A stretch of DNA of 58,901 bases, the filler included. It is 9 parts of 9 records of this genome, joined end to end, with 100 filler letters (N's around TTAATTAATTAA, not from the genome) between each part and the next. Parts side by side here need not be neighbours in the genome. Positions count along the whole stretch, not along the records: positions 1 to 7,078 come from SRR31147125_136226; positions 7,179 to 13,135 come from SRR31147125_136450; 7 more parts are not named here. The stretch is one strand, 5' to 3'. Shown one piece after another: positions 1 to 9,829 of this stretch. The translations under genes were made by a program, and so were the position numbers. The notes below the pieces were generated by a model. That model saw only the letters and a list, made by a program, of their open reading frames with translations. It was not told the DNA's origin and made no database searches. Within the stretch, counting starts at the first letter, position 1, and every line of letters starts with the position of its first letter.

Positions 1-21
1 TCCTCCTCCTCCTCCTCCTCC
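1..21. repeat. (TCC)n microsatellite at contig end
   Basis: Seen directly. Other eukaryotic contig ends also fall in simple repeats (7053-7078, 13236-13264, 50628-50657). Confidence 0.9.
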
Positions 22-160
22 TTCTTCTTCCTCTTCCTCTTCCTTGCCTTCTCCTGCTGTAAGTGCTGAGACCATCTTTCAAGATTTGTTTCGTGGTGTG
101 AGAGGGCGTCACGAGGATGTATTGGCAAGTGGACGATCGAAACGAAGGAAGAGAAGATGA
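1..160 (+). CDS. Probable 3' end of an upstream eukaryotic gene (low-complexity tract, basic C-terminus)
   Basis: An open frame reads ...SSLPSPAVSAETIFQDLFRGVRGRHEDVLASGRSKRRKRR* and ends at TGA 158-160. No family recognised. Confidence 0.3.
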   Translation, partial: PPPPPPPSSSSSSSLPSPAVSAETIFQDLFRGVRGRHEDVLASGRSKRRKRR

Positions 161-202
161 GGAGGAGAATCAAAAGATTCATTTCTTCCTTCTCGAAGTT
201 GA

Positions 203-1392
203 ATGTTTGCCAGCACACGCAGGCCACATCCCGTCACCCTTCGTCTTCTTCTTGTCTCCGATGTACATAATGCCCTCACACAAGTCCAAGCACTGGGCGA
301 ATGGGTGGCCGAAGCGCGTGAATGCTTTGACTACGTTATGTGCCTTGGGGACATTGCGGACATGACACAAGGCGACCGCGAGGTTCCTGAGCGTGTCAGT
401 GCTGCAGAAGGAGACATGAGCACGGTACTCTCGTCGCTGGAGTGCGTCCAAGCTCGGCTTGTGTACATCCCCGGAAATGTACGCCCGCCGTAGGGAGACA
501 GAGGAGGATCTCACAGCCGGTGGGGGCAGCATGATCCCTTGACAGCGTTTACACAGAGCGCTGAAAGCCATGCCCTTCCACGTCTGTCTCCATTCTCGTT
601 CAATTGCCACAATTGTCGTCTACGCCTTGCACCGACATTGGTGTGTAGTGTATAGATCTATCTGAATCAATCCAAGGGTTCATGCAATACAGGTGGTTTC
701 TGGTGTGGGTGGAAGTGTGAACGGCTATCGTGGGGTGTGGGAAGGATCGATTGTGCCCTATTGGGAGGCGTATCCATGGACGAGCGACAGTGCTGTGGGA
801 GCGTCGGTTCAGGTATCAGTGTTGAGGATGATGAGGATGATGAGGATGGAGGAAGATCAACCATCACTCTTCAGGAATTGCTCGCTCCCCAGCCACGAAC
901 TACTCCCGCCCAACCCTGTGGAGTGGATATTGATGAACCACCTCCTGAATTCCCCAACGCTGTAGAGGCCGTTCATCCTGATGACACTGTGATTCTTCTC
1001 ACTCATGCCGGGCCGTTGGGATGCGATACAACTGTTGATGCACAAGTATTGGACGACGAACCCATCATCGCCGGATGCAAGTCTCTTCGTTCTACACTGG
1101 AAGACAAGAGCATGGTGTGTGGGGGTGTAGACCACCCCTTTTCTTATATACACCCAGCAAGATCGTGTTCTCGTGAATCTCCACGGGCACACGCACGCCG
1201 GAAGTGGACGCTCTTGGGTGGGAAAGACCCTTGTTATCAACCCAGGTAGCCTACGGTGCGCAAATTCGTATGTGTGTGGTGTATGGGATCTGATCGTGTA
1301 CCAGTGAGGGTCGATTCGCCATACTGACCTTGAAGTTGGACGCACACACACACAAATGGAAAGTTGTTGAAACAACCTTCCGTGTTCTCTAG
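203..1392 (+). CDS. Calcineurin-like metallophosphoesterase, 6 exons
   Basis: Exons 203-478, 530-640, 693-812, 875-1114, 1158-1255, 1305-1392 are joined by GT-AG introns of 51, 52, 62, 43 and 49 nt. Splicing restores all motifs in order: SDVH, GD, PGN|HD, LLTH, HGHTH, INPGS. Confidence 0.9.
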
Positions 1393-1424
1393 GATGTTGG
1401 TGGTGTCGTACCAACATAAATATA

Positions 1425-3418
1425 CTATCGGTGGGGCAAAAATGACTCCTCTCCGGGAATGGAAACAGTGTGCATCGTAGGGATGGGTGCCAATATCGTC
1501 GGAGGCGAAATAACGGGAGGATGGGAAAGGGGAACGTCCTCCTCGTCCAGTTCGTCCGTACCGTCCTCCAACAGAATAGCAGGGGAAGGGGAAACGACTC
1601 GAGGAGTGATACTAGGAGAGGGTCCAGGGGATTGTCCTGTGGCGGGATCAATTGGGATGAAGATGAAGATGATAGTATCACGGCATACCAGGCGACGGGG
1701 TCATGGCAAAACGACTGCGTTGTCGATACGGCCTTTCCAGTGGTCCACAAACGGGTTCCACATTCCTCGCCGCCACCAACTCCATAGTATCGTCTTCGGG
1801 GGTACTGAGTTCGGCTCCCTCGTCGTCGCCCAGTTGTTGATCCACAACCAATCCAATCTCCTCGTCGCCCGTGTTCTCTCTGATCGAATCACCCTATCAA
1901 TACACTCAAACGGGGCCATGCATGCGTACGTGTCATCGTCACCAAGTATAGCATAGGATTTCTGTCGTTGCCTGCCCAGAAATGTGTCACAATGACTTCT
2001 TCCTCCCCAAACACCGCACAGCATACCATTTGTAGGCACTGAAGAGAGATAAACCAACGAGAGCCAACCCAAACCCCACTAACTGCCGTTGCGTAATCTT
2101 GTTATGAAAAATCTCCACTGAGAGCCACGTAATGAGAATAAGCTGGGCACGACGGACGGAGGGTTAGCAGAGAAAACACACAAATCCCAAACATGCCTTA
2201 AGAACCCCTGAAGAAACTAATGTCAAGGCGCTGGTTGTGCGAACCAGAAGAAGTTCAGACACATGCAGAAGGAATGCATTCACGGAACCTGCCAGTACGA
2301 GTCCCAGAGCCTTCCATCTGAAGATACAAGATACAACGTGAATCCTCCACGGCATCACATCAGGGCGAACTGCCTACAATTGGCGCTTGGGATCGACGAA
2401 TTCCGAATTCATGAGAGGTGCTCCCTCCATCACAAGTACCATCGGCAAGAGCACCAACGCCATCACAGGTGCCACAAAGTAGAGTGCGTGCAAGGGATTC
2501 ATGTGGACGCGACCCGAGGCACCTTGCAACAGTCCCTGACGGGCCGGGGGTTAGTCAATGCGTCAGAACCTCTCGAGAGCATCCAACCTGGGCCACGGTC
2601 ATGCGACCGCCCGCACACACGGCGGCGGCAAGGACCAATGCAAATCCACCCACATGAAACTCAGCTTCTCCCCATCTTATCGCTTGCTGTGTCGGCTACT
2701 AAACAGAATCATCACCACGTCTGTACGTACGATGCAATGGCTACACCCGCACTAATCATGAGCATAATGATCGTGAGAGACCAACGAATGGTCTCCAATC
2801 CAAAGATAAACGCAAACACAAGCACCCACACAGGCGTGCTTGATTTGACCATCTACACCCCATACCAAGAGTTGATCGGCGCACAATCCTACCAAATCCT
2901 ACCTCAATAAATGAAACATGAAGAAAAAGAAACGAGATATTCGTGAAGGCAACGTCAAGTCCCGACATCACACCCACAGGGATGATTTGGCGCCAGTAGA
3001 GCGACGCATCGAACGGTGGAGGCCCCCACTGACAAGGAAGGTAACCAACACACAATCCACTCTTCCTCTCACGACGTCTAACCTTCCCAAGCGGACGATC
3101 AGCTGAGCTAGAAGGAAGGACACAACCATGTGTACCTACACCCCCGTTGTCAACGTCCTCTACACCCTCGTGTACGCTTTATATGGCTCACCAGGGTCAT
3201 AGAAAGCGGGAACGTAAACTTGAAGAAGGACAAGAGCCACTTGTTGTAGATGACGAGACTGGTTGAGCACGCATAGAAGAATAACACAGCAGCCGTTCCT
3301 CGGACGACGGTGGCGAGGCTGGTGCCGCCCCTAATACAGTCCGCCACAAGGGCACGTTGGTCGTGTGCGTCCGTTCCGCCATGGACAGACCCGACCACCC
3401 ACTCACACACCTCCCCAT
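1425..3418 (-). CDS. Triose-phosphate/nucleotide-sugar transporter family (SLC35C2-like), multi-exon, with acidic/Pro-rich C-terminal tail
   Basis: Exon peptides include STSLVIYNKWLLSFFKFTFPLSMTL, SGLDVAFTNISFLFLHVSFIE and LLVRTTSALTLVSSGVLK. Start ATG 3418 is followed by an intron; stop TAG at 1427-1425. Internal exon boundaries only partly traced. Confidence 0.8.
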
Positions 3419-3632
3419 TCTCACACGTCTCACACGTCTCCCCCGTTCGTCACCAACGCCCCCCCCCAGAAGAGAGTGAGAGAGGAATGAGAAGGGAAGG
3501 ACGCCCGTTCATTCCTTCCCTCCCCATCACGCGCCTCAGAGGGGGCGGGGGAACGTTCCGGAAGCAGGCGCGAGGGAAAGGGACGCGCACGTGTGGAGGG
3601 GCGTGTGGTGTGGGGGAGCGTGAGAGGGGCCC
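3419..3632. promoter_or_regulatory. Putative bidirectional promoter between divergent genes
   Basis: 214 bp between two divergent ATGs. Contains GGGGCGGGG (3542-3550), TTCCGGAA (3556-3563), CACGTG (3588-3593) and tandem CTCACACGT x2 (3420-3437). Confidence 0.5.
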
Positions 3633-6600
3633 ATGTCGTCTCCACACGACAGCTACGCCGCAAGTGAACCTGGCGACGAAACGTATCCTACTTTCCATGA
3701 GGAGGAGTCGGAATGGAGTGGTGGGGACGTAGTGGATGTAGGGTGTGGGGGTGTGGGGTGGGGTGGGATGGTGTGTGTGTGTGTGTGTAGGGGAGGGAGG
3801 ACGGAAGGGCCGAGTTCCAAACGTCCTTGACTCTGTGTGTGCGAGCCCCGTATTTGGATCGATCGAAGAGGAGTTGGAGTACTGGAAGTCCAGGGCGGAA
3901 GAACTCAAAGATAGCTTTCAAGAGTTACAGAACGTGCGATGGGAATCCGGTGATGATGGCTGGAGAAGGAGAAGGGTTGATGGATGTTATAGGACTATGA
4001 AGATTTGCAAGAATCGAGTACGGAGATTGAGCAGGAGATCGAGAAAGACCTTCAACAAACAGAACGAAAATTACAGGCCATCCAAGTGCGTATTCGAGGC
4101 GATCTGATCCGATAAGGGAGGAGAATTCACAGGGCAGGACAACCCAGGGCGATGCACAACGGAGCAGGTTTGAGAATGATGAGTTGAAGACACGGTTTGC
4201 TCAGAGTAACGCACAAGCAGCCGCACAAATCAATCAATTCCGGGTGAGGTGTTTCATGGAGGTGATGGTGGAGGGAAGGACTAATGAAGTGGACCACACA
4301 GAAAGAAATTGACAACCTTCGTGAGAAACTTCAACAGCTTCAACAGCTTACACGACGCCTGGAACAGGATAATGATGATCTGGAGAGGAAGCAACGGTTC
4401 GTAGACGGGATATCTTCTTCTCTCATCCTGGATACAGGGCGGCTGAGTATAGTGAAAATGAGTTGCGGAGGAATTTGGAAGATGTAGAGGAGGTTTGTCG
4501 ATTTGGAGGAAGAGTCCACACCTCCGCTTACGTTGGTGTGTAGCACGCCGTGTTAGTCGAAGAAGAAATGGAGGAACAGAGAACTATGCATGAGGAACTT
4601 GTGCAAAGACTGAAGGAAGAGCTTCGAGGTACGGCCGTGGTTCCTTTGCCTGACTTAGATATGTCCCTCGCCCTCAGACCTCAAGAATGAAGTGACGGTG
4701 CGAACAAATGACGAGATTGTTGAGCGTCTCAATCGCGAGGTGCGCTGTCCCTGCTATCCTCGCTATCCTCCTAGGGCGTGGTGTTGATGGGATCTTCTCT
4801 AAGCTCTCGGAGTTGAAAAGTGAACTCGACACCTTGCGCTCCCAACCTCACCGAGCAAGTACCCGTCTCAGTTCCGGTAATGAGCTCACTCGAAAGGTAT
4901 ACCACGCCTCCTCGTCTCGCGTGTTAACCACAAACCTCACATTCAGCGAGCATTGAGTCCGGGAACACCGTTTGGAGATGCTTTGAGGGAAGAGAAGAGG
5001 TTATCTGCCGTTGACGTGCTAAGCTTGGCAGAAGATTCCAAGCTTTCCCAACTCAAGGCGGATGCATCCCACTCATCGACACCGGAAGAAGAGAATCCCC
5101 TTAAAGACTTTGTACTGCCAAGTGATCCCTCCGGTGCAGGAGGAGGACTTTCGCTGGCGGATGAGCTTGCAGCGGCTACCGCAGTGGAGAGTGATGGGGA
5201 GACAGAGGAGCATGAGGAACGGGTGGACGATGCTCCACAACGACAGGGGATGGGTGGGTGGGTTACCCTGGATGAGAAAGAGAAGGAACTCGTCCAGTGT
5301 GTTGCAGGTGCGGCATGGGGTGAGGACATGAGACGCTCGATCTTATACCCACCCACCCACTCGGCAGCTGTGCGAGGGGAGGAATTGGCGAGCAACGAGA
5401 AAATCTGACGCCGTCAGACTGTACACCTTGACCAAAGTTTGTCTGTACTCCTCTTTCTCCACGAACAAGAGAAGGCGAGGGAAGAGATGGAACGTGAGAA
5501 AGACCATCAGGTTCCAACCAGAGAGGGAGGAAAGGGGGGAATACCTGCCTGATTTCTCACGTAGTTGCTTGGGGCTATCCGTGAGAATACTTCTCTCCGG
5601 GCACAACTGTCCCAGCTTCAAGAGGATAAGAACAAGATTCAACTCAGGGTGAGAGGGAAGGGAATTGGCTTCATCCCCTCTCCGTTGACCCCTTCTTTGC
5701 CCCAAGGTAATGGAAATGGAAAGGAAGGTGAAAGAACAGGAGGGAAAGGAAAGTCGCGCTCTAGAATCCGTCCGAAAGAAGGAGGAAGAGTTTGTAGAAC
5801 GGGAAAAGCGTATTCGCGAGGAAATGGAAGTCAGGGTGCGGTGCTTGGGATTGAGTGGGGAAGGGGAGTCGAGGAGCTTACCTGTTGTTATCACAAGATG
5901 CAAAAAGTTATTGAAGAAGCAGCGGCGCGGTTGGCCGCAGCTACCAAACAGTAAGTGGGCAGAGAAGGTTGTGTGCTTCTCTGATACGTTTCCAAAGGCA
6001 CAACACGATCCCCGAGGATGATATGGTCGTCTTCGATGAACCCATATCACCCGGGTTTCCTGGTGCGAGTTTGACAACTGCGTCATCGCTCCCTTCGCGA
6101 GGAAGGTACGCTTCGGACGTGACAGGACGACATTGCCACTTATCCAGTTGGATCGTAGGTCTGGAAGTCTTCCCGAGATTCTTGCGACGTTAGATCGAAC
6201 GGGCCGTGCCTCTCTCAATGACCGCAACATGGTTCCCGTGGTATGCACGGCCTTTTTTCTGTGTGTGCGTGTGTGTGGTGCATGCATCTGATTCACTTCA
6301 GGTACAAGCCCGTCTGCGTACTCCTTCCGCTCCACATCGTCCTGTTTCCTCCAACAGTTCTCCACCCCCTGGAGAATTGTGGGGAGATGTTCGAGATGTT
6401 TCCCCCCTTCGCAAGGTGGGTGGGACTTCGTATTGTTCTTCAATTCCTAATCTCCATGGTTGTATTGTTGTATTAGACACAAGGGATGCCTGTGAACTAC
6501 GCCAGCCTGTTCTCGTGGATCTATGACAATGACGGGGAATTGAATCGAGAAGTGTATGAGTACTACGACGAGGTAAGGTGGAGGAGAGGCGAGAGATTGT

Positions 6601-7050
6601 TTCTGATACACAGAATCAGATGGATGAGGCGACTCTTAAGGAAGCCGTGCCCAGCACACCCCCGGGAGTCGCCACCCATCTCCATGACATACATACGACG
6701 ACCCGAAAGGTCCACCGCCTTGTTCGAATGGACTCGGGGTCTCCTAATGGCCGTCTGTGCGTGAACAACGCGAACACGTCCTTGTTCCTGTGACCAGTGT
6801 GTGTGTGTGTGTGTGAGCAGGAAGCCAGACGATCAAGATAGTGTGTCAGCATCCCCTGGAAAGCTCAGCGCCGATTATGTCCGAGACAGAGAGGTTTGAT
6901 CTTTCTCTGTGTTCCAACCAGCATCTGCTGAGTGTCTTCCAGATGGAAATGTTCCGCATGAGTTTGATCACAGGCCGGGAATTCCTCAAGTATGGACGGC
7001 GGGGAAAGCCACACAAGCGGTTTATCTGGTATGACGTAGATCTCAACAGG
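3633..7050 (+). CDS. NudE/NDE1/NDEL1-family coiled-coil protein, apparently extended by a second coiled coil and a PH-like domain; about 20 introns; 3' truncated
   Basis: Spliced exons read FGSIEEELEYWKSRAEE, DYEDLQESSTEIEQEIEKDL, RRLEQDNDDLERKQR and VQRLKEELR|DLKNEV, which match NudE N-terminal signatures. The last exon 6943-7050 reads GREFLKYGRRGKPHKRFIW, a PLC-like/Mcp5-type PH start. Confidence 0.75.
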
Positions 7051-7078
7051 GTGTGTTGTTGCTGTTGTTGTTGTTGTT

Positions 7079-7178
7079 NNNNNNNNNNNNNNNNNNNNNN
7101 NNNNNNNNNNNNNNNNNNNNNNTTAATTAATTAANNNNNNNNNNNNNNNNNNNNNNNNNNNNNNNNNNNNNNNNNNNN
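7079..7178. other. Artificial contig linker
   Basis: N44-TTAATTAATTAA-N44; stop codons in all six frames. Confidence 0.99.
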
Positions 7179-7253
7179 GTGTGCCTGAGGTAATTAGGGA
7201 CAAAGTCGAAGAGATGGTGCTGGAGCTTGAGGGATTGAACTGAGGAGGAGGAT

Positions 7254-7508
7254 ATGAAAGTAATAGTATTAGGGCAGGAGCATTGCAGTAACTGTGAGGA
7301 GATGTATGAGGAGCTAGTGAAGAATGGGTTTGATGTGGTGCAGGCTGATTTTATGGAGTTCAGGGATAATGAGAAGGTTGACAGGGAGCTTCGTATTGAA
7401 GCGACAGCGAAGTATCTTGACCAGAATGCGTTGCCGATTCTGGTGCAGGGTGATAAAGTGTATACCGTTGCGCAAGCGGTAAAGGAATTTGATTTGGACT
7501 TTCTGTGA
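7254..7508 (+). CDS. Glutaredoxin-like protein
   Basis: N-terminal CSNC motif and ALPILV cis-Pro segment; strong SD GAGGAGG. Confidence 0.65.
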   Translation: MKVIVLGQEHCSNCEEMYEELVKNGFDVVQADFMEFRDNEKVDRELRIEATAKYLDQNALPILVQGDKVYTVAQAVKEFDLDFL

Positions 7509-7520
7509 GGAGGGAATGTG

Positions 7521-7673
7521 ATGTTGAGTTTTAAGGAGTGGTATGAGGAGAATAAAGGTAGTCTTAACGCACATTATGAATTATACCAGGATTATCTCTG
7601 TATTACTTTTAAGCAGTTCTGTAAGAAAGGGTATAGACAGTATCGAGAGAAGGGAAAGGTGCTGGGGGTATGA
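7521..7673 (+). CDS. Small hypothetical protein (50 aa, not in the ORF track)
   Basis: SD GAGGAGG upstream; reads MLSFKEWYEENKG...; its stop overlaps the next ATG (ATGA). Confidence 0.6.
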   Translation: MLSFKEWYEENKGSLNAHYELYQDYLCITFKQFCKKGYRQYREKGKVLGV

Positions 7674-8095
7674 CGCATAATCAACTTGTAAAGACAGCGG
7701 TTGGCTGGCTTAGTATTTCCAAGGGCTGTAATCCTGCATTTGGAGAGAGAGGGAGTGCTAAGGTCAGAGAAATACCGGATGCAATTGGCTTTACTTCTGA
7801 TAAAAGTATTGTGGTTGAGTGCAAGGTGTCGAAATCTGATCTGTATGCGGACAGAAAGAAGCCGCACCGTACAGAGGGAGGGCTTGGAGATTATCGTTAT
7901 TATTTGCTGCCGCATGAATTGTACCTGGAGTGTGAGGATTTTGATTTTGCTGGATGGGGTGTGGTTACATGTGCGGAAAGCTTTGGGGTCAGGCAGGTAA
8001 GAGGTAGAGGGTCGGCTGAGTTTGAGAGCAATATTGAAGCGGAACGAGCTTTTCTGCGGTCGAGGATTCTGGAAATACAGAGGTTTGGAAAATGA
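7670..8095 (+). CDS. PD-(D/E)xK nuclease-like protein (MmcB-like)
   Basis: IPDAIGF...VVECKVSKSDLYAD motif and G-D-YRYYL. Confidence 0.65.
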   Translation: MTHNQLVKTAVGWLSISKGCNPAFGERGSAKVREIPDAIGFTSDKSIVVECKVSKSDLYADRKKPHRTEGGLGDYRYYLLPHELYLECEDFDFAGWGVVTCAESFGVRQVRGRGSAEFESNIEAERAFLRSRILEIQRFGK

Positions 8096-8574
8096 GTAAA
8101 GAAGTTTTAGATCCTTGTTGTGGGTCGAAGATGTTTTATTTTGATAAAGATAGGTCAGAGGTTTTATTTGCTGATCAGCGGAGTGAAGAGCATATCCTGT
8201 GTGATGGGAGAAAGTTGGAAATCAAACCAGATATACAGATTGATTTTCGGGATATGCCTTTTGAGGATGAATCTTTCAATCTGGTTATCTTTGATCCGCC
8301 GCATTTACATACTGCTGGCGAGAAGTCTTGGATGCGGAAGAAGTATGGGTGTCTGAGTAGAGAGACGTGGCGGGATGATCTTAGACAAGGTTTTGATGAG
8401 TGTTGGAGGGTCTTGGTTAAGGGTGGAACTTTGGTGTTCAAGTGGAATGAGACACAGATCAAGGTCGCAGAGATTCTGGCTTGTTTCTCGCAAGAACCAC
8501 TTGCAGGATGTCCTACGACACGGAATCTGAAAACGCATTGGCAGTTATTTTATAAAAAAGTAAATAAAGGATAA
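8092..8574 (+). CDS. Small phage SAM-dependent (amino-type DNA) methyltransferase
   Basis: LDPCCGSKMF SAM-binding motif, FDPPH catalytic-type motif, LVFKWNE. Confidence 0.85.
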   Translation: MSKEVLDPCCGSKMFYFDKDRSEVLFADQRSEEHILCDGRKLEIKPDIQIDFRDMPFEDESFNLVIFDPPHLHTAGEKSWMRKKYGCLSRETWRDDLRQGFDECWRVLVKGGTLVFKWNETQIKVAEILACFSQEPLAGCPTTRNLKTHWQLFYKKVNKG

Positions 8575-8578
8575 TGTA

Positions 8579-9829
8579 ATGGCAAAAATAGTAGAGTTAA
8601 AAGCAGAAAATGTGATGAGGCTTAATGTGGTGGAGATAACACCTGATGGAAGTCTTGTTGTGATTGGTGGGAATAATTCGCAGGGGAAGAGTTCTGTGCT
8701 CAATTCGATAATGTATGCGCTGGGAGGAGCAAAGACTATTCCTGAAAAAGCCTTGAGAGAAGGTGCAGAGCGTGGAGAGATAAGGATTGAACTGGATAGC
8801 GGTCTTATCATTACCCGTACATTCACTGCCAGTGGAAGGTCTTCAATCAAGGTAACAGGTAAAGACGGTGCTACATTCGGTTCACCACAGAAAATATTAG
8901 ACAGGATTACAGGATCACTCACCTTTGATCCGCTCAAGTTTACGCAACTCTCAGCAGGTGACCAGGCAATTCAGCTTCGGGAACTGGTCGGGGTTGACTT
9001 TGCAGAATACGATTCTATGCGTACTGAATATTATGCGGAACGGACTATTCTTAATCGTAAAGTTAAAGAGCTAGAGTCTATTGTAAATGCTGCTGATTTT
9101 CATGATGACCTGCCTGTTGAGGAGATTTCAGTTGCTGAGCTGGTAGTAGAGCATGATGCAATGATAGCAGCTAACGGGCTGAGAATGCTCGCACATAATG
9201 ATATTATGAGTATTGAAAGGCGGAAAGACTCTGTAACTCAGAAAATTAAAACTCTTGAGTGTGAATTAAGAGAGCTTAAAGAACAGAGGAAGGAACTTGG
9301 TAAGGTAATTCTGAGTGACAAAAAGAAATATAAAAATATGCCTGAATATTCAGAGTCTGAGATTGAGCAGATAACAGAGAAGTTATCCAATGCTGAGGAA
9401 ACAAACTCTCAAATCAGATCGAACCAGAAAATTATTGAGATTAAAGCACAGCTTTCAGAGACTCAGAATAGTGCTTCACAGATAACAGCAGCTATTAAAC
9501 ATATCGATAAGAAGAAGAAAGAGACTCTGGCAGCAGCAGATTTTCCAATTGAGGGATTGTCCTTTGATGAAAATACTGTTATTTATAATGACATACCGCT
9601 AAGTCAGGCAAGTTCAGCAGAGCAGCTCAGAGTATCAGTGGCGATAGGTATTGCCCTCAATCCAGAGCTCAAGGTTATTCTTATTCGTGATGGGTCGCTT
9701 CTTGATGAGGGCAATCTGCAGCTTATCAGGGATATGGCTACAGATAATGATATGCAGGTTTGGCTTGAGTGTGTTGGTAAAGGTGAGGAGTGCAGCGTGA
9801 TTATTGAGGATGGAAGGGTTGTGGCGTGA
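8579..9829 (+). CDS. SMC/Rad50/RecF-like ABC ATPase with coiled coil
   Basis: Walker A GNNSQGKSS, central coiled coil, signature-like ASSAEQ and Walker B-like ILIRDGSLLD. Confidence 0.85.
   Translation: MAKIVELKAENVMRLNVVEITPDGSLVVIGGNNSQGKSSVLNSIMYALGGAKTIPEKALREGAERGEIRIELDSGLIITRTFTASGRSSIKVTGKDGATFGSPQKILDRITGSLTFDPLKFTQLSAGDQAIQLRELVGVDFAEYDSMRTEYYAERTILNRKVKELESIVNAADFHDDLPVEEISVAELVVEHDAMIAANGLRMLAHNDIMSIERRKDSVTQKIKTLECELRELKEQRKELGKVILSDKKKYKNMPEYSESEIEQITEKLSNAEETNSQIRSNQKIIEIKAQLSETQNSASQITAAIKHIDKKKKETLAAADFPIEGLSFDENTVIYNDIPLSQASSAEQLRVSVAIGIALNPELKVILIRDGSLLDEGNLQLIRDMATDNDMQVWLECVGKGEECSVIIEDGRVVA

Noticed and set aside
203-7050. Alternative genetic code or stop readthrough to explain fragmented eukaryotic ORFs
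   Set aside because: The breaks I traced are resolved by canonical GT-AG introns under the standard code.
7051-7078. Poly-Cys tract in ORF 6841-7134
   Set aside because: It is a (TGT)n microsatellite inside an intron that starts at 7051.
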